From Dendrobates tinctorius (lineage: Eukaryota), in assembly GCF_039654945.1 (NCBI RefSeq), contig NW_027361806.1, positions 27,962,001 to 28,026,000 of the forward strand: a stretch of DNA of 64,000 nucleotides, read 5' to 3'. The notes under the pieces are model-generated. The model was not told the DNA's origin. It ran no database searches and saw only the letters and a program-made list of their open reading frames with translations. Each line of letters begins with the position of its first letter. The stretch's first letter is position 1. The translations under genes were made by a program, and so were the position numbers. Below, piece by piece: positions 25,120-39,400 of the stretch.

Positions 25120-25392
25120 TTTGGAAGATTTATTTGGCAAATTATATGGGAAAATAAGTATTTGGTCATTAACAAAAGTTCATCTCAATATTTTGTTATA
25201 TATCCTTTGTTGGCAATGACAGCGGTGAAACGTTTTCTGTAAGTCTTCACAAGGTTGGCGCACACTGTGGGTGGTATGTTGGCCCATTCCTCCATGCAGA
25301 TCTCCTCTAGAGCAGTGATGTTTGGGGCCTGTCACTGGGCAACACGGACTTTCAGATCCCTCCAATGGTTTTCTGTGGGGCTGAGATCTGGT
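25120..25392 (-). mobile_element. Tc1 transposon 3' fragment
   Basis: AAATAAGTATTTG terminal motif followed by a degenerate transposase C-terminus on the minus strand. Confidence 0.65.
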
Positions 25393-25999
25393 ATTTTTGA
25401 GGTTCCCCTTTAAGTTAACCATAACCCCGGAGTTCTCAAACCGCGTCGTAGCACAAGATTTCCAGCTTTACTTCCTCCACTGGAGTTTCAGTCTTGGTCG
25501 ATGGTGGAGAAAAACTTCCTATAATTTATGTCTCTAATGCTGGAGCCTTAAAGGGGAACTCTATGAGATCCGGAGCTGCACTCCCACTGCTGCTGGCGGG
25601 GATTCCTGCCTGATAGATGGTGGGAGTTGTAGTCTGGTTCTCTATGTAATAACCACCCGCTGGCTGTAATCCCCCTGCTCCTATTTCATGGGGTCTTCCC
25701 TCCTCCGGAGTCGGTAACGGCTCACATTTCCTCCAGTATCGGGTGAGTACGCGGCCGGGGCTGTAGAGTAAGAGGATGGCAGATTGCGGGAGGACTCAGT
25801 CGTGAATTTGCGCTCGTTGCCTCCTGATCTGACCGCACTTTTCCCCGGATCCGTCCGTGGCGCTCGCTCCGTCGTTTCTCTTTTGCTTCCTCTGATTTTT
25901 CTTCTATTTTGTGATGTAAATTAAATCAGAATTTTGGATTTCACTTTAATTTCTCCTTTTTTTTTTTTTTGTTGCTGTGATTAATATTCATGAAGCCGG

Positions 26000-26722
26000 T
26001 GTCCGTCTCGGCCTCCATCATGTCTCAGCCTCCGTCCGTCTCGTCCTCCATCGTGTCTCAGCCTCCGTGGGTCTCGTCCTCCATCGTGTCTCAGCCTCCG
26101 TGCGTCTCGTCCTCCATCGCGTCACAACCTCCGTCCGTCTCGTCCTCCATCGTGTCTCAGCCTCCATGGGTCTCGTCCTCCATCGTGTCTCAGCCTCCAT
26201 GGGTCTCGTCCTCCATCGTGTCTCAGCCTCCATGGGTCTCGTCCTCCATCGTGTCTCAGCCTCCGTGGGTCTCGTCCTCCATCGTGTCTCAGCCTCCGTG
26301 GGTCTCGTCCTCCATCGTGTCTCAGCCTCCGTGGGTCTCGTCCTCCATCGTGTCTCAACCTCCATGGGTCTCGTCCTCCATCGTGTCTCAGCCTCCGTGG
26401 GTCTCGTCCTCCATCGTGTCTCAGCCTCCATGGGTCTCGTCCTCCATCGTGTCTCAGCCTCCGTGGGTCTCGTCCTCCATCGTGTCTCAGCCTCCATGGG
26501 TCTCGTCCTCCATCGTGTCTCAGCCTCCATGGGTCTCATCCTCCATCGTGTCTCAGCCTCCATGGGTCTCGGCCTCCATCGTGTCTCAGCCTCCATGGGT
26601 CTCGTCCTCCATCGTGTCTCAGCCTCCATGGGTCTCGGCCTCCATCGTGTCTCAGCCTCCATGGGTCTCGGCCTCCATCGTGTCTCAGCCTCCATGGGTC
26701 TCGGCCTCCATCGTGTCTCAGC
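26000..26722. repeat. 33-bp minisatellite (GTCTCAGCCTCCATGGGTCTCGTCCTCCATCGT)n
   Basis: Tandem periodicity. Confidence 0.96.
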
Positions 26723-28329
26723 CTTGCTTGCCCCGTTCTCCTGCTCCAGATGACTTTTCTATATGGCTGACCCCTTTATTTTTATAGACGTGTGATTGCG
26801 CAGTGTCCGGCGTGTGCCGGTGACCCGCAGTGCACGGTATATACTATATATACAGACTGTCCGGTTCCGCTCTGCAGCCTCGAGGATGCGGCTCATTCAC
26901 CTTCCATCAGGACCAGTTCTAGTGGCCAGTGATGCTCAGACTTTGCAGTCATACAAAACTACAACTCCCAGCATGCCCAGACCAACTCTGTCTTCTCAGG
27001 ACATGCTGGGGGTTGTAGTTGTGCAGCAGCTGGAGAGTATTCGGCTGCAGATGAAATGTCTCCGTGGGCCGCCCCCTTTATGAAGCGCCCGAGTGGACCA
27101 GTGCTGGTGAAACGCACCGCTCCCCATCTCTGACCGCCGGGTCTTGTTCACACCAAGCAGATTAGCGGCAGAAAACGTTTGCAGCAAATTCAGGAAGATT
27201 GGCAGGAAACTTAGGTTGGTGCAGTCACCTGACATGACACATCCGCGCAGGAGGCAGAGAGTGAGCAACGGAGCCACAAAAGCTGCAGGGAAGGGGACGC
27301 AGAATATTGGGTGATCATTCCGCGACAAAGTGCGGGTGTGAGCGTCGCCCCGTGTCCGTCTACACGCGGAGAGTTCTGCAGCCTGTGGATTAGAGCTGCG
27401 TTCGCACCATGCAGATTATCCACCCGCTAACCTGGCAGAACATCGGCAGCTACAGTTAAGTGGTGTCTGCCCGCGGTGGGGTGCGCGGTGCTGGCGGTGC
27501 GGCCCGGGGCTTATCCTACACCCGTGGGCAGGAATGTCTGCCAGATGTCTCCGTATAGAATGACGGAGGAAGAGAAGAGGCACCAAGCCTGCACCATGGG
27601 CCGGACATCCAGTGACATTCCCATAATCCAGGATGTTGGATAATCCGGCATCTCTCCCGGATTACAGGCGCCTCACTGTAGATTACAGAGCGGTGGAGAT
27701 TATTAGTGATAATCCTGTGGGATAAATGACGGATCGGTCACCGCTAGTCCGCGTTCTCCGACCCGACTGATCCTACTCTGACCTCTGCAGAAACCGGACC
27801 GGAGTGCAGGAATCATCACAGAAGATGTCTGCCCTTTCCGGAGCTGGATGACAAAAGTGGATTTTCTCCATAGAGATCCACAGGAGACCCAGACGCTGAT
27901 AGTACAGTCCGCCCGATCATGGCGGCCGCCGTCACACGCTTCTCCATTCATCTTATGAACCAGAATACTCAGATCATGACACAAGAGATGTGGCCCCCGG
28001 CACGGAGCCCGGTTTTGCCACTGAGGACAGATTGGTCCGCTGCTTGCCCCTCTGTGCCCTGTCCTTGGGACGAGTCCACACATTTTTGGGGGTTTCTGTC
28101 ACCTCATAGCACCGGAGACAAGACCCACAGGGGCCAGGCCCCCATATTCTCCAGGGGCCCCACAGCAGCCACATAGTTTGCTTCTTACCTACGCCCTCCA
28201 CAAGATCCTACAACACCTGAGTATTAAAAGTAGGCGAGAAACGGCTATCAGAGGGGACGGGGCGCAACGGAGGGTAGATGAGGTATTGTCATCGGCACGG
28301 AGACGGGGGCACTGCAGCCATGGTGTCAA

Positions 28330-30005
28330 GTACTGTGATGGGGGCACTGTGCCCAGTAACTGTGATGGAGGCACTGTGACCGGTAACTGTGATGGAGGCA
28401 CTGTGGCCGGTAACTGTGATGGGGGCACTGTGCCCGGTAACTGGATGGGGGCACTGTGCCCGATAACTGGGATGGGGGCACTGTGCCCGATAACTGGGAT
28501 GGGGACACTGTGCCCGGTAACTGGGATGGGGGCACTGTGGCCGGAAACTGGGATGGGAGCACTGTGGCCGGTAACTGTGATGGGGCACTGTGCCCTGTAA
28601 CTGTGATGGGGGCACTGTGCCCGGTAACTGGGATGGGGGCATTGTGCCCGGTAACTGGGATGGGGGCACTGTGCCCGGTAACTGGGATGGAGGCATTGTG
28701 CCCGGTAACTGGGATGGGAGCACTGTGCCCGGTAACTGGGATGGAGGCACTGTGCCCGGTAACTGGGATGGAGGCATTGTGCCCGGTAACTGTGATGGAG
28801 GCATTGTGCCCGGTAACTGGGATGGGGGCACTGTGCCCGGTAACTGGGATGGGGGCACTGTGCCCGGTAACTGGGATGGGAGCACTGTGCCCGGTAACTG
28901 GGATGGAGGCATTGTGCCCGGTAACTGGGATGGGAGCACTGTGCCCGGTAACTGTGATGGAGGCACTGTGCCCAGTAACTGTGATGGGGGCATTGTGCCC
29001 GGTAACTGTGATGGAGGCATTGTGCCCGGTAACTGGGATGGGAGCACTGTGCCCGGTAACTGTGATGGAGGCACTGTGCCCGGTAACTGGGATGGAGGCA
29101 CTGTGATGGGGGGCACTGTGGCTTGTAACTGTGATGGAGGCACTGTCCCCGGTAACTGGGATGGGGGCACAGTGCCCGGTAACTGTGATGGAGGCACTGT
29201 GATGGGGGTCACTGTGGCTGGTAACTGTGATGGAGGCACTGTGCCCGGTAACTGGGATGGAGGCACTGTGCCCGGTAACTGGGATGGGGGCACAGTGCCC
29301 GGTAACTGTGATGGAGGCACTGTGATGGGGGGCACTGTGGCTGGTAACTTTGATGGAGGCACTGTGCCCGGTAACTGGGATGGGGGCACTGTGCCCGGTA
29401 ACTGGGATGGGAGCACTGTGCCCGGTAACTGGGATGGGAGCACTGTGCCCGGTAACTGTGATGGAGGCACTGTGCCCGGTAACTGATGGAGGCACTGTCC
29501 CCGGTAACTGGGATGGGGGCACAGTGCCCGGTAACTGTGATGGAGGCACTGTGATGGGGGGCACTGTGGCTGGTAACTGTGATGGAGGCACTGTGCCCGG
29601 TAACTGGGATGGGGGCACTGTGCCCGGTAACTGGGATGGGAGCACTGTGCCCGGTAACTGTGATGGAGGCACTGTGCCCGGTAACTGGGATGGGAGCACT
29701 GTGCCCGGTAACTGTGATGGAGGCACTGTGATGGGGGGCACTGTGCCCGGTAACTGTGATGGAGGCACTGTGCCCGGTAACTGTGATGGAGGCACTGTGA
29801 TGGAGGCACTGTGCCCAGTAACTGTGATGGAGGCACTGTGGCAGGTAACTGTGATGGGGGCACTGTGGCCGGTAACGGTGATGGGGCACTGTGTCCAGTA
29901 ACTGGGGTGGGGGCACTGTGGCCGGTAACGGTGATGGGGGCACTGTGTCCAGTAACTGGGGTGGGGGCACTGTGCCCGGTAACGGTGATGGGGGCACTGT
30001 GACCG
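28330..30005. repeat. 27-bp minisatellite (GGTAACTGGGATGGAGGCACTGTGCCC)n
   Basis: Tandem periodicity. Confidence 0.96.
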
Positions 30006-30273
30006 GTCAGTGGCATGGAGGTGCAATGCTGCTCCCATAATAGCGGCACAGTGTCGTGGCCCAGTATGGCGGCATTATGGCTGGTACTATAGGGCCGCTG
30101 CCGCTATCACTGTTAGGGACGGTGTGGTTGGCACCATGAGGGCATTGCAGGGGGACTAGTGTAGTAATGAGGGCACTACTACTGGACCACGCGCCTCATC
30201 ACAACCTCCGGATCTGGCGGTATCCCCGCTCCCTGCCTGGGATCAGACCACAACGCTCTCATGAAGCAGCCAT

Positions 30274-30279
30274 TTTATT
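30274..30279 (-). terminator. UOX polyadenylation signal AATAAA
   Basis: TTTATT on the + strand, about 70 bp downstream of the UOX stop codon. Confidence 0.75.
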
Positions 30280-30348
30280 ATCCCAGATCACCACAAATCC
30301 AATGATTAAATGACAGGAGCAGAATTATCGTCTGTCGCTCGAGGAACA

Positions 30349-30423
30349 TCACAGCTTGGATGAAGCTTTTCTCCTCACGGTGCCGGTGATGTTTCCATAG
30401 GGTTTATCTGAGGGCAGCAGGAT
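30349..30423 (-). CDS. UOX: UOX exon 8 ([24 protein letters not shown])
   Basis: cgcag acceptor, homology, TGA stop. Confidence 0.95.
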   Translation of the reverse strand: MLLPSDKPYGNITGTVRRKASSKL

Positions 30424-33400
30424 CTGCGGAGACATTGGATATCATCATGTAATGCCGCCATCGTGTACAATCACATGAAGCCGCCATCAATCTGCTACCG
30501 ATCTACAATCTCATGCCGCCCTCGTTCTCTGTACAGTGACATATATTGGGGTGACGCCCCATAGCTGCGGCCGGTGAACGCTGCGGCAGACGGTTCTCAT
30601 TACCTCATCTTTGTTGTTCAGGCCAAACTTGCTCATGTCGATGGTGAAATAATGTTTGTTCGGTAAAATAACCTCAATTTCTTCAATCTGCAATGAACAG
30701 AAGTGATTATAGGAACAAGGCCCCACGAGTAGCACGGCTAATGCAAGAACAGTTCCCAAAGCTGACACCTGCCCCCGATCACAGAGGACGGGACGAGTAA
30801 CGGAGGACGGGACGAGTAACGGAGGACGGGGCGAGTAACGGAGGACGGGACGAGTAACGGAGGACGGGGCGAGTAACGGAGGACGGGGCGAGTAACGGAG
30901 GATGGGGCGAGTAACGGAGGATGGGGCGAGTAACGGAGGACAGTATGAGTAATGGAGGACAGTATGAGTAATGGAGGACGGGACGAGTAACGGAGGACGG
31001 GACGAGTAACGGAGGACGGGGCGAGTAACGGAGGACGGGGCGAGTAACGGAGGACAAGACGAGTAGCGGAGGACGGGACGAGTAACGGAGGACGGGGCGA
31101 GTAACGGAGGACGGGGCGAGTAACGGAGGACGGGACGAGTAGCGGAGGACAGTATGAGTAATGGAGGACGGGACGAGTAATGGAGGACGGGACGAGTAAT
31201 GGAGGACGGGACGAGTAACGGAGGACGGGACAAGAAACGGAGGACAAGATCCTTAAAGGAGGTCAGGATGGCGGCACAGATTCAGACGTGACATAAATGG
31301 CCCAAAAATCTTAATCAGCTGAAACTTTTTCGCCACATACACTATGGTCAACTGAAAATGCAGGAGGTCTCTGTCCACAACCCTGTAACCCCCAACCCAG
31401 ACCCCTCTGTCCCCTACAGAAAAGAGGAAGGAGAATGGATGGATAAAGAACAGATGAGTCTGCACAATCAGATGGTGAGAAATTAGCTGAATGTCAGTCC
31501 CATAGTCCCGCGCTCCCCATCCTACGGTCCCGCGCTCCCCATCCTACGGTCCCGCGCTCCCCATCCTACGGTCCCGCGCTCCCCATCCTACGGTCCCGCG
31601 CTCCCCATCCTACAGTCCCACGCTCCCCATCCCATACTTACCGTCCTATAGTCATGCCAACACGCCCTACAGTGACCATCCTATAGTTCTGTAGTTCCCG
31701 TCCTATAGCCCTGCAGTTCCTATCCCATAGCCCTGCAGTCCCCGTTCTATAGTCTTACAGTTACCATCCTATTATCCGGCAGTCGCCATCACTCAATCGT
31801 GGATGGTAAGTCTGCGGAGTATAAGCCCTCTGAGGACGGACCCCATAACTTTGTATTAGACAATCCGCTGCACAGACAGAAGAAATTAATCGATGCCAAA
31901 TTGTGAACTTCTGGGATAAAACAATGTTGTTCTCGGAGACGGTGGATCCCTTTGATATCACACCGGACCACCTCCACTTACGACACTTCTGACCATTGCA
32001 CATATGGAGACCCCGGCCGTGTGTCCCCCGCTCCGTACCTGAGGGACGCTGCTCAGGCCCAGCACCTGGATGTCGTACAGCGTCTTCTGGACGGAGGGAG
32101 AATATTCTCCTTTGTCGTATGGACCAGAAAATTTGTCAAGGATGATTTGTTTCACGGTTCCCCTGGAGAAACAAGAAGACGTTGGTCAGATGATCGTCAC
32201 CCGGTGCTGGATTCATGATTGGGTATATGATCATTAGAGCAGGGACTAATGAGGACATACATCCATCCTGCACATCAGGAGCACCTAAGGCCCACCGAGC
32301 CTAGGGCCATGCTATCTACTGAGGACCTAACAATGTAAGGAGCGGTGGGGCACACAATCGCCCACCGCTCCCGTTCACACGAAGATCTTCGGAGCCCTAG
32401 TTCTTGGGATTTGTGGGAGACCGAGTATTCATACCCCAAGTTATCGGGAGGCTGTCCCTAACCAATGGATGGGGTGTAACTTCTAAACTTGAGCATGCCC
32501 TTGCAACTCGCTAGCAGCCGCTGCAGGGGCCTGTAGTGTAACATGGCAGCCGTTCGATAGAGTGGACCTCTCTTCTGGCTCATAAAAGGGACCACCCTCT
32601 ACGATGAGAAAATCCCAGGGCTGTGCCAGACACAAGGCCACTTACCAGATGGCATCAAAGTCGAGCCCCTTGTAGGAGCTGAACTTCCATTTGCAGTTGA
32701 CGATGGTGGAGAAGCAGCGGTCCTTCGCCTCGGGGAGTGTTGTGTATTGATCTTTTATAAAACCTTCGAATCCGGACTGTGTCGTCTTCAGAAGGCGCAG
32801 ATCTTTAATTCCTGAGTAAACAACGGGCTGACCTGCGGAGGAGACACCAAAATAACAACATCAGATGAAGGTGCGGACCCTACAACACCCGGGCAAGGAC
32901 AACCAGACTTGTTCCTGACGGAGTTCTCTTACCTCCTCGCTCCTGTTCTACTTCACAGAAATGGGTGCCCTCGGAGGAATAGATAAAGGCATGAACGTGG
33001 TCCACTCCGTCCTGCACCCGAAACAGAGGCATGAAGAGAGAAATGCATGAATTCCCTTATGTAATCAGATGGAAAACATCTGTTCTTTCTGGCAGAGTTA
33101 CCAAGCTTGTGCACGCATCACTTTTTCCCATTGGTATACAGGGAGCTCCCCCTAGTGGTGACTGCAGAAAGGATCTCATCATGTATCTCTGTATACAGGG
33201 AGCTCCCCCTAGTGGTGGCTGCAGACAGGATCTTATCATGTATCGCTATATACAGGGAGCTCCCCCTAGTGGTGACTGCAAACAGGATCTTATCATGTAT
33301 CTCTGTATACAGGGAGCTCCCCCTAGTGGTGGCTGCAGACAGGATCTTATGTATCTCTGTATACAGGGAGCTCCCCCTAGTGGTGACTGCAAACAGGATC

Positions 33401-36400
33401 TTATCATGTATCTCTGTATACAGGGAGCTCCCCCTAGTGGTGGCTGCAGACAGGATCTTATCATGTATCTCTGTATACAGGGAGCTCCCCCTAGTGGTGG
33501 CTGCAGACAGGATCTTATCATGTATCTCTATATACAGGGAGCTCCCCCTAATGCTTCAGCAAAGCATTTGACAAAGTCTCTCATACAATCCTTATTGAAA
33601 AAATGACTAAGTATGGAATGGACAAGGCAACTGTTAGGTGGATTCATAACTGGCTTAGTGATCGGACCCAAAGAGTGGTCGTAAATGGCTGTACATCCAG
33701 TTGGAAGAATGTCTCAAGTGGGGTACCACAGGGCTCTGTCCTGGGCCCTGTATTGTTCAACATCTTTATCAACGATTTAGATGAAGGAATTGAGGGTAAA
33801 CTGATTAAATTTGCTGATGACACAAAGCTAGGAGGGATAGCTAATACTAGAGAAGAGAGAGAGAGGATTCAAAAAGATTTAAATAAACTGGAGAAGTGGG
33901 CACCAACTAACAGAATGGTTTTTAACAGGGAGAAATGCAAAGTACTACATCTGGGCAATAAAAATGAAAAAAGCATATATAGAATGGGAGGAATAGGGCT
34001 AAGTGACAGCACATGTGAAAAAGACTTGGGTATACTAATAGATCACAGACTGAATATGAGTCAACAGTGTGATGCAGCAGCAAAAAAGGCAAATGCAATT
34101 CTAGGATGTATTAACAGAAGCATACAGTCTAGATCACGTGAAGTCATTATTTCCCTCTACTCCTCTTTGGTCAGACCTCATCTGGAATATTGTGTCCAGT
34201 TTTGGGCACCACATTTTAAAAAAGACATCAACAAACTGGAGCAAGTTCAGAAAAGAGCGACCAGAATGGTGACCGGTCTGCAAACCCTGTCTTATGAGGA
34301 AAGGTTGCAGGATTTGGGAATGTTTAGTTTGCAAAAGAGAAGACTGAGAGGAGACTTAATAGCTGTCTACAAATATCTAAAGGGCTGTCACATTGTAGAA
34401 GGATCAACTTTATTCTCATTTGCACAAGGAAAGACTAGAAGCAATGGGATGAAACTGAATGGGAAGAGACACAGATTAGATATTAGAAAAAACTTTTTGA
34501 CAGTTAGAGTGATCAATGAGTGGAACAGGCTGCCACGAGAAGTGGTGAGTTCTCCTTCAATGGAAGTCTTCAAACAGAGGCTGGACAGACATCTGACTGG
34601 GATGATTTAGCGAATCCTGCTTTGAGCAGGGGGTTGGACCAGATGGCCCAGGAGGTCCCTTCCAACTCTACGATTCTATGATTGGGTTTTTTTTTTTTCT
34701 ATGATTGGTGACTGCAGACAGGATCTTATCATGTATCTCTGTATACAGGGAGCTCCCCCTAGTGGTGGCTGCAGACAGGATCTTATCATGTATCTCTGTA
34801 TACAGGGAGCTCCCCCTAGTGGTGGCTGCAGACATGATCTTATCATGTGTCTCTATATACAGGGAGCGCCCCCTAGTGGTGGCTGCAGACAGGATCTTAT
34901 CATGTATCTCTGTATACAGGGAGCTCCCCCTAGTGGTGGCTGCAGACAGGATCTTATGCATGTCTGTATACAGGGAGCTCCCCCTAATGGCGACTGTTCT
35001 GCTTTATTTTTATTTTTGTAGTGGATTTTGAAATTTTTCAGAATGATAAAGCCTTTGACCAAGTATCTACAAATACCTTTTTAAAGCGTCTCCAGGGGGC
35101 TTCTTCGATGTCGGTCTGCACTCTTGTCACATGACTGAAGGATGTGAGGAAATGATTACAAATCTCCAGAGAGAAGTCCTCAATGGTGTTTATCTATGCA
35201 ATAAAACAAGATATAAAGTCATTGTTGCAGATGACGGCCGGGAGACGATATAATCCGACAGTCAAAGGCGACAGAAATGGAATAAATTGGGCCCTGAGCG
35301 TTAATAATCCCCCTGTGGTGAAAAATATAGGTGTGGAATGTCCTGGCTGCCACCAGAGGGCGCTAGCATACACATTCAATAACCACAAATAAATATGAAT
35401 GATTCTCACCCCTTTGGTCTTGGCCAGGGCGTAGACGGTATTCTTGATGGTATCGGTGGGAATGATGTCGCTGTTATCGCCCTCCAGGTAATCCTTCTTG
35501 GAGCTCAAGGTGAGCTGCACCGAGGCCTCGATCTCCCGGATGTAATGCCTCTCGCCGTCTCTCCGGATCTGCAGAACTTTCACAGCGTTCTTCCCATAAC
35601 CCGTCCGGACAAACTCCACGTCCTGGAGAACAAAAATCAAAAGCAAATTGTCATGTCAGTGATGAGAATCCGATGCTGCACTTCGTGGGGTCGTCCCGAT
35701 ATACGGACCTCGTAGAGACTCAGAGAAAGCGAAGAAACGTGGGTGATATCCGGCAGCCCCCCGCTTCTAACGTGCAGTTTTTATTCCGAGGGTCTTGTAG
35801 TACGCAGAGAGCAGGGGCGTCTGTACAGGGATTCTGCATGGGGATTCTGTACAGGGCGTCTGTATGGTGGGTCTGTATGTATGGGGATTCTGTATGGGGT
35901 GTCTGTATGTACGGGGATTCTGTACGGTGGGTCTGTATGTATGGGGATTCTGTATGGGGATTCTGTACAGGGCGTCTGTATGGTGGGTCTGTATGTATGG
36001 GGATTCTGTATGGTGGGTCTGTATGTATGGGGATTCTGTATGGTGGGTCTGTATGTATGGGGATTCTGTATGGGGCGTCTGTATGTATGGGGATTCTGTA
36101 TGGTGGGTCTGTATGTATGGGGATTCTGTACGGTGGGTCTGTATGTATGGGGATTCTGTATGGTGGGTCTGTATGTATGGGGATTCTGTACGGTGGGTCT
36201 GTATGTATGGGGATTCTGTATGGGGCGTCTGTATGTATGGGGATTCTGTACGGTGGGTCTGTATGTATGGGGATTCTGTATGGGGCGTCTGTATGTATGG
36301 GGATTCTGTATGGTGGGTCTGTATGTATGGGGATTCTGTACGGTGTCTGTATGTATGGGGATTCTGTATGGGGCGTCTGTATGTATGGGGATTCTGTATG

Positions 36401-39400
36401 GTGGGTCTGTATGTATGGGGATTCTGTATGGGGCGTCTGTATGTATGGGGATTCTGTATGGTGGGTCTGTATGTATGGGGATTCTGTACGGTGGGTCTGT
36501 ATGTATGGGGATTCTGTATGGGGCGTCTGTATGTATGGGGATTCTGTACGGTGGGTCTGTATGTATGGGGATTCTGTATGGGGCGTCTGTATGTATGGGG
36601 ATTCTGTATGGTGGGTCTGTATGTATGGGGATTCTGTACGGTGTCTGTATGTATGGGGATTCTGTATGGGGCGTCTGTATGTATGGGGATTCTGTACGGT
36701 GGGTCTGTATGTATGGGGATTCTGTATGGGGCGTCTGTATGTATGGGGATTCTGTATGGTGGGTCTGTATGTATGGGGATTCTGTATGGGGCGTCTGTAT
36801 GTATGGGGATTCTGTATGGTGGGTCTGTATGTATGGGGATTCTGTACAGGGCGTCTGTATGGGGCGTCTGTATGTATGGGGATTCTGTATGGGGCGTCTG
36901 TATGTATGGGGATTCTGTATGGTGGGTCTGTATGTATGGGGATTCTGTATGGGGCGTCTGTATGTATGGGGATTCTGTACGGTGGGTCTGTATGTATGGG
37001 GATTCTGTACGGTGGGTCTGTATGTATGGGGATTCTGTACGGTGGGTCTGTATGTATGGGGATTCTGTACGGTGGGTCTGTATGTATGGGGATTCTGTAC
37101 GGTGGGTCTGTATGTATGGGGATTCTGTACGGTGGGTCTGTATGTATGGGGATTCTGTACGGTGGGTCTGTATGTATGGGGATTCTGTACAGGGTCTGTA
37201 TGTATGGGGATTCTGTATGGGGTGTCTGTATGTATGGGGATTCTGTACGGTGGGTCTGTATGTATGGGGATTCTGTACGGTGGGTCTGTATGTATGGGGA
37301 TTCTGTACAGGGTCTGTATGTATGGGGATTCTGTACGGTGGGTCTGTATGTATGGGGATTCTGTACGGTGGGTCTGTATGTATGGGGATTCTGTACGGTG
37401 GGTCTGTATGTATGGGGATTCTGTACGGTGGGTCTGTCTGTATGGGGATTCTGTACGGTGGGTCTGTATGTATGGGGATTCTGTACGGGGTGTCTGTATG
37501 TATGGGGATTCTGTACGGTGGGTCTGTATGTATGGGGATTCTGTACGGTGGGTCTGTATGTATGGGGATTCTGTACGGTGTGTCTGTATGTATGGGGATT
37601 CTGTACGGTGGGTCTGTATGTATGGGGATTCTGTACGGTGGGTCTGTATGTATGGGGATTCTGTACAGGGTCTGTATGTATGGGGATTCTGTACGGTGGG
37701 TCTGTATGTATGGGGATTCTGTACGGTGGGTCTGTATGTATGGGGATTCTGTATGGGGTGTCTGTATGTATGGGGATTCTGTATGGGGTGTCTGTATGTA
37801 TGGGGATTCTGTATGGGGTGTCTGTATGTATGGGGATTCTGTACGGTGGGTCTGTATGTACGGGGATTCTGTACGGTGGGTCTGTATGTATGGGGATTCT
37901 GTACGGTGGGTCTGTATGTATGGGGATTCTGTACGGTGGGTCTGTATGTATGGGGATTCTGTATGGGGTGTCTGTATGTATGGGGATTCTGTACGGTGGG
38001 TCTGTATGTATGGGGATTCTGTATGGGGTGTCTGTATGTATGGGGATTCTGTACGGTGGGTCTGTATGTATGGGGATTCTGTACGGTGGGTCTGTATGTA
38101 TGGGGATTCTGTACGGTGGGTCTGTATGTATGGGGATTCTGTACGGTGGGTCTGTATGTATGGGGATTCTGTATGGGGTGTCTGTATGTATGGGGATTCT
38201 GTACGGTGGGTCTGTATGTATGGGGATTCTGTATGGGGTGTCTGTATGTATGGGGATTCTGTACGGTGGGTCTGTATGTATGGGGATTCTGTATGGGGTG
38301 TCTGTATGTATGGGGATTCTGTACGGTGGGTCTGTATGTATGGGGATTCTGTACGGTGGGTCTGTATGTATGGGGATTCTGTACGGTGGGTCTGTATGTA
38401 TGGGGATTCTGTACGGTGGGTCTGTATGTATGGGGATTCTGTACGGGGTGTCTGTATGTATGGGGATTCTGTACGGTGGGTCTGTATGTATGGGGATTCT
38501 GTACGGTGGGTCTGTATGTATGGGGATTCTGTACGGTGTGTCTGTATGTATGGGGATTCTGTACGGTGGGTCTGTATGTATGGGGATTCTGTACGGTGGG
38601 TCTGTATGTATGGGGATTCTGTACAGGGTCTGTATGTATGGGGATTCTGTACGGTGGGTCTGTATGTATGGGGATTCTGTACGGTGGGTCTGTATGTATG
38701 GGGATTCTGTATGGGGTGTCTGTATGTATGGGGATTCTGTATGGGGTGTCTGTATGTATGGGGATTCTGTACGGTGGGTCTGTATGTATGGGGATTCTGT
38801 ACGCTGGGTCTGTATGTATGGGGATTCTGTACGGTGGGTCTGTATGTATGGGGATTTTGTATGGGGTGTCTGTATGTATGGGGATTCTGTACGGTGGGTC
38901 TGTATGTATGGGGATTCTGTACGGTGGGTCTGTATGTATGGGGATTCTGTACGGTGGGTCTGTATGTATGGGGATTCTGTACGGTGGGTCTGTATGTATG
39001 GGGATTCTGTACGGTGGGTCTGTATGTATGGGGACTCTGTACGGTGGGTCTGTATGTATGGGGATTCTGTACGGTGGGTCTGTATGTATGGGGATTCTGT
39101 ACGGTGGGTCTGTATGTATGGGGATTCTGTACGGTGTGTCTGTATGTATGGGGATTCTGTATGGGGTGTCTGTATGTATGGGGATTCTGTACGGTGGGTC
39201 TGTATGTATGGGGATTCTGTACGGTGGGTCTGTATGTATGGGGATTCTGTACGGTGGGTCTGTATGTATGGGGATTCTGTATGGGGTGTCTGTATGTATG
39301 GGGATTCTGTACGGTGGGTCTGTATTTATGGGGATTCTGTACGGTGGGTCTGTATGTATGGGGATTCTGTACGGTGGGTCTGTATGTATGGGGATTCTGT

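Noticed and set aside
9122-30049. Repetitive ORFs (mucin-like, His/Arg-rich, PPGASLSS and similar)
   Set aside because: All coincide with tandem arrays, overlap in multiple frames and lack splice or domain support.
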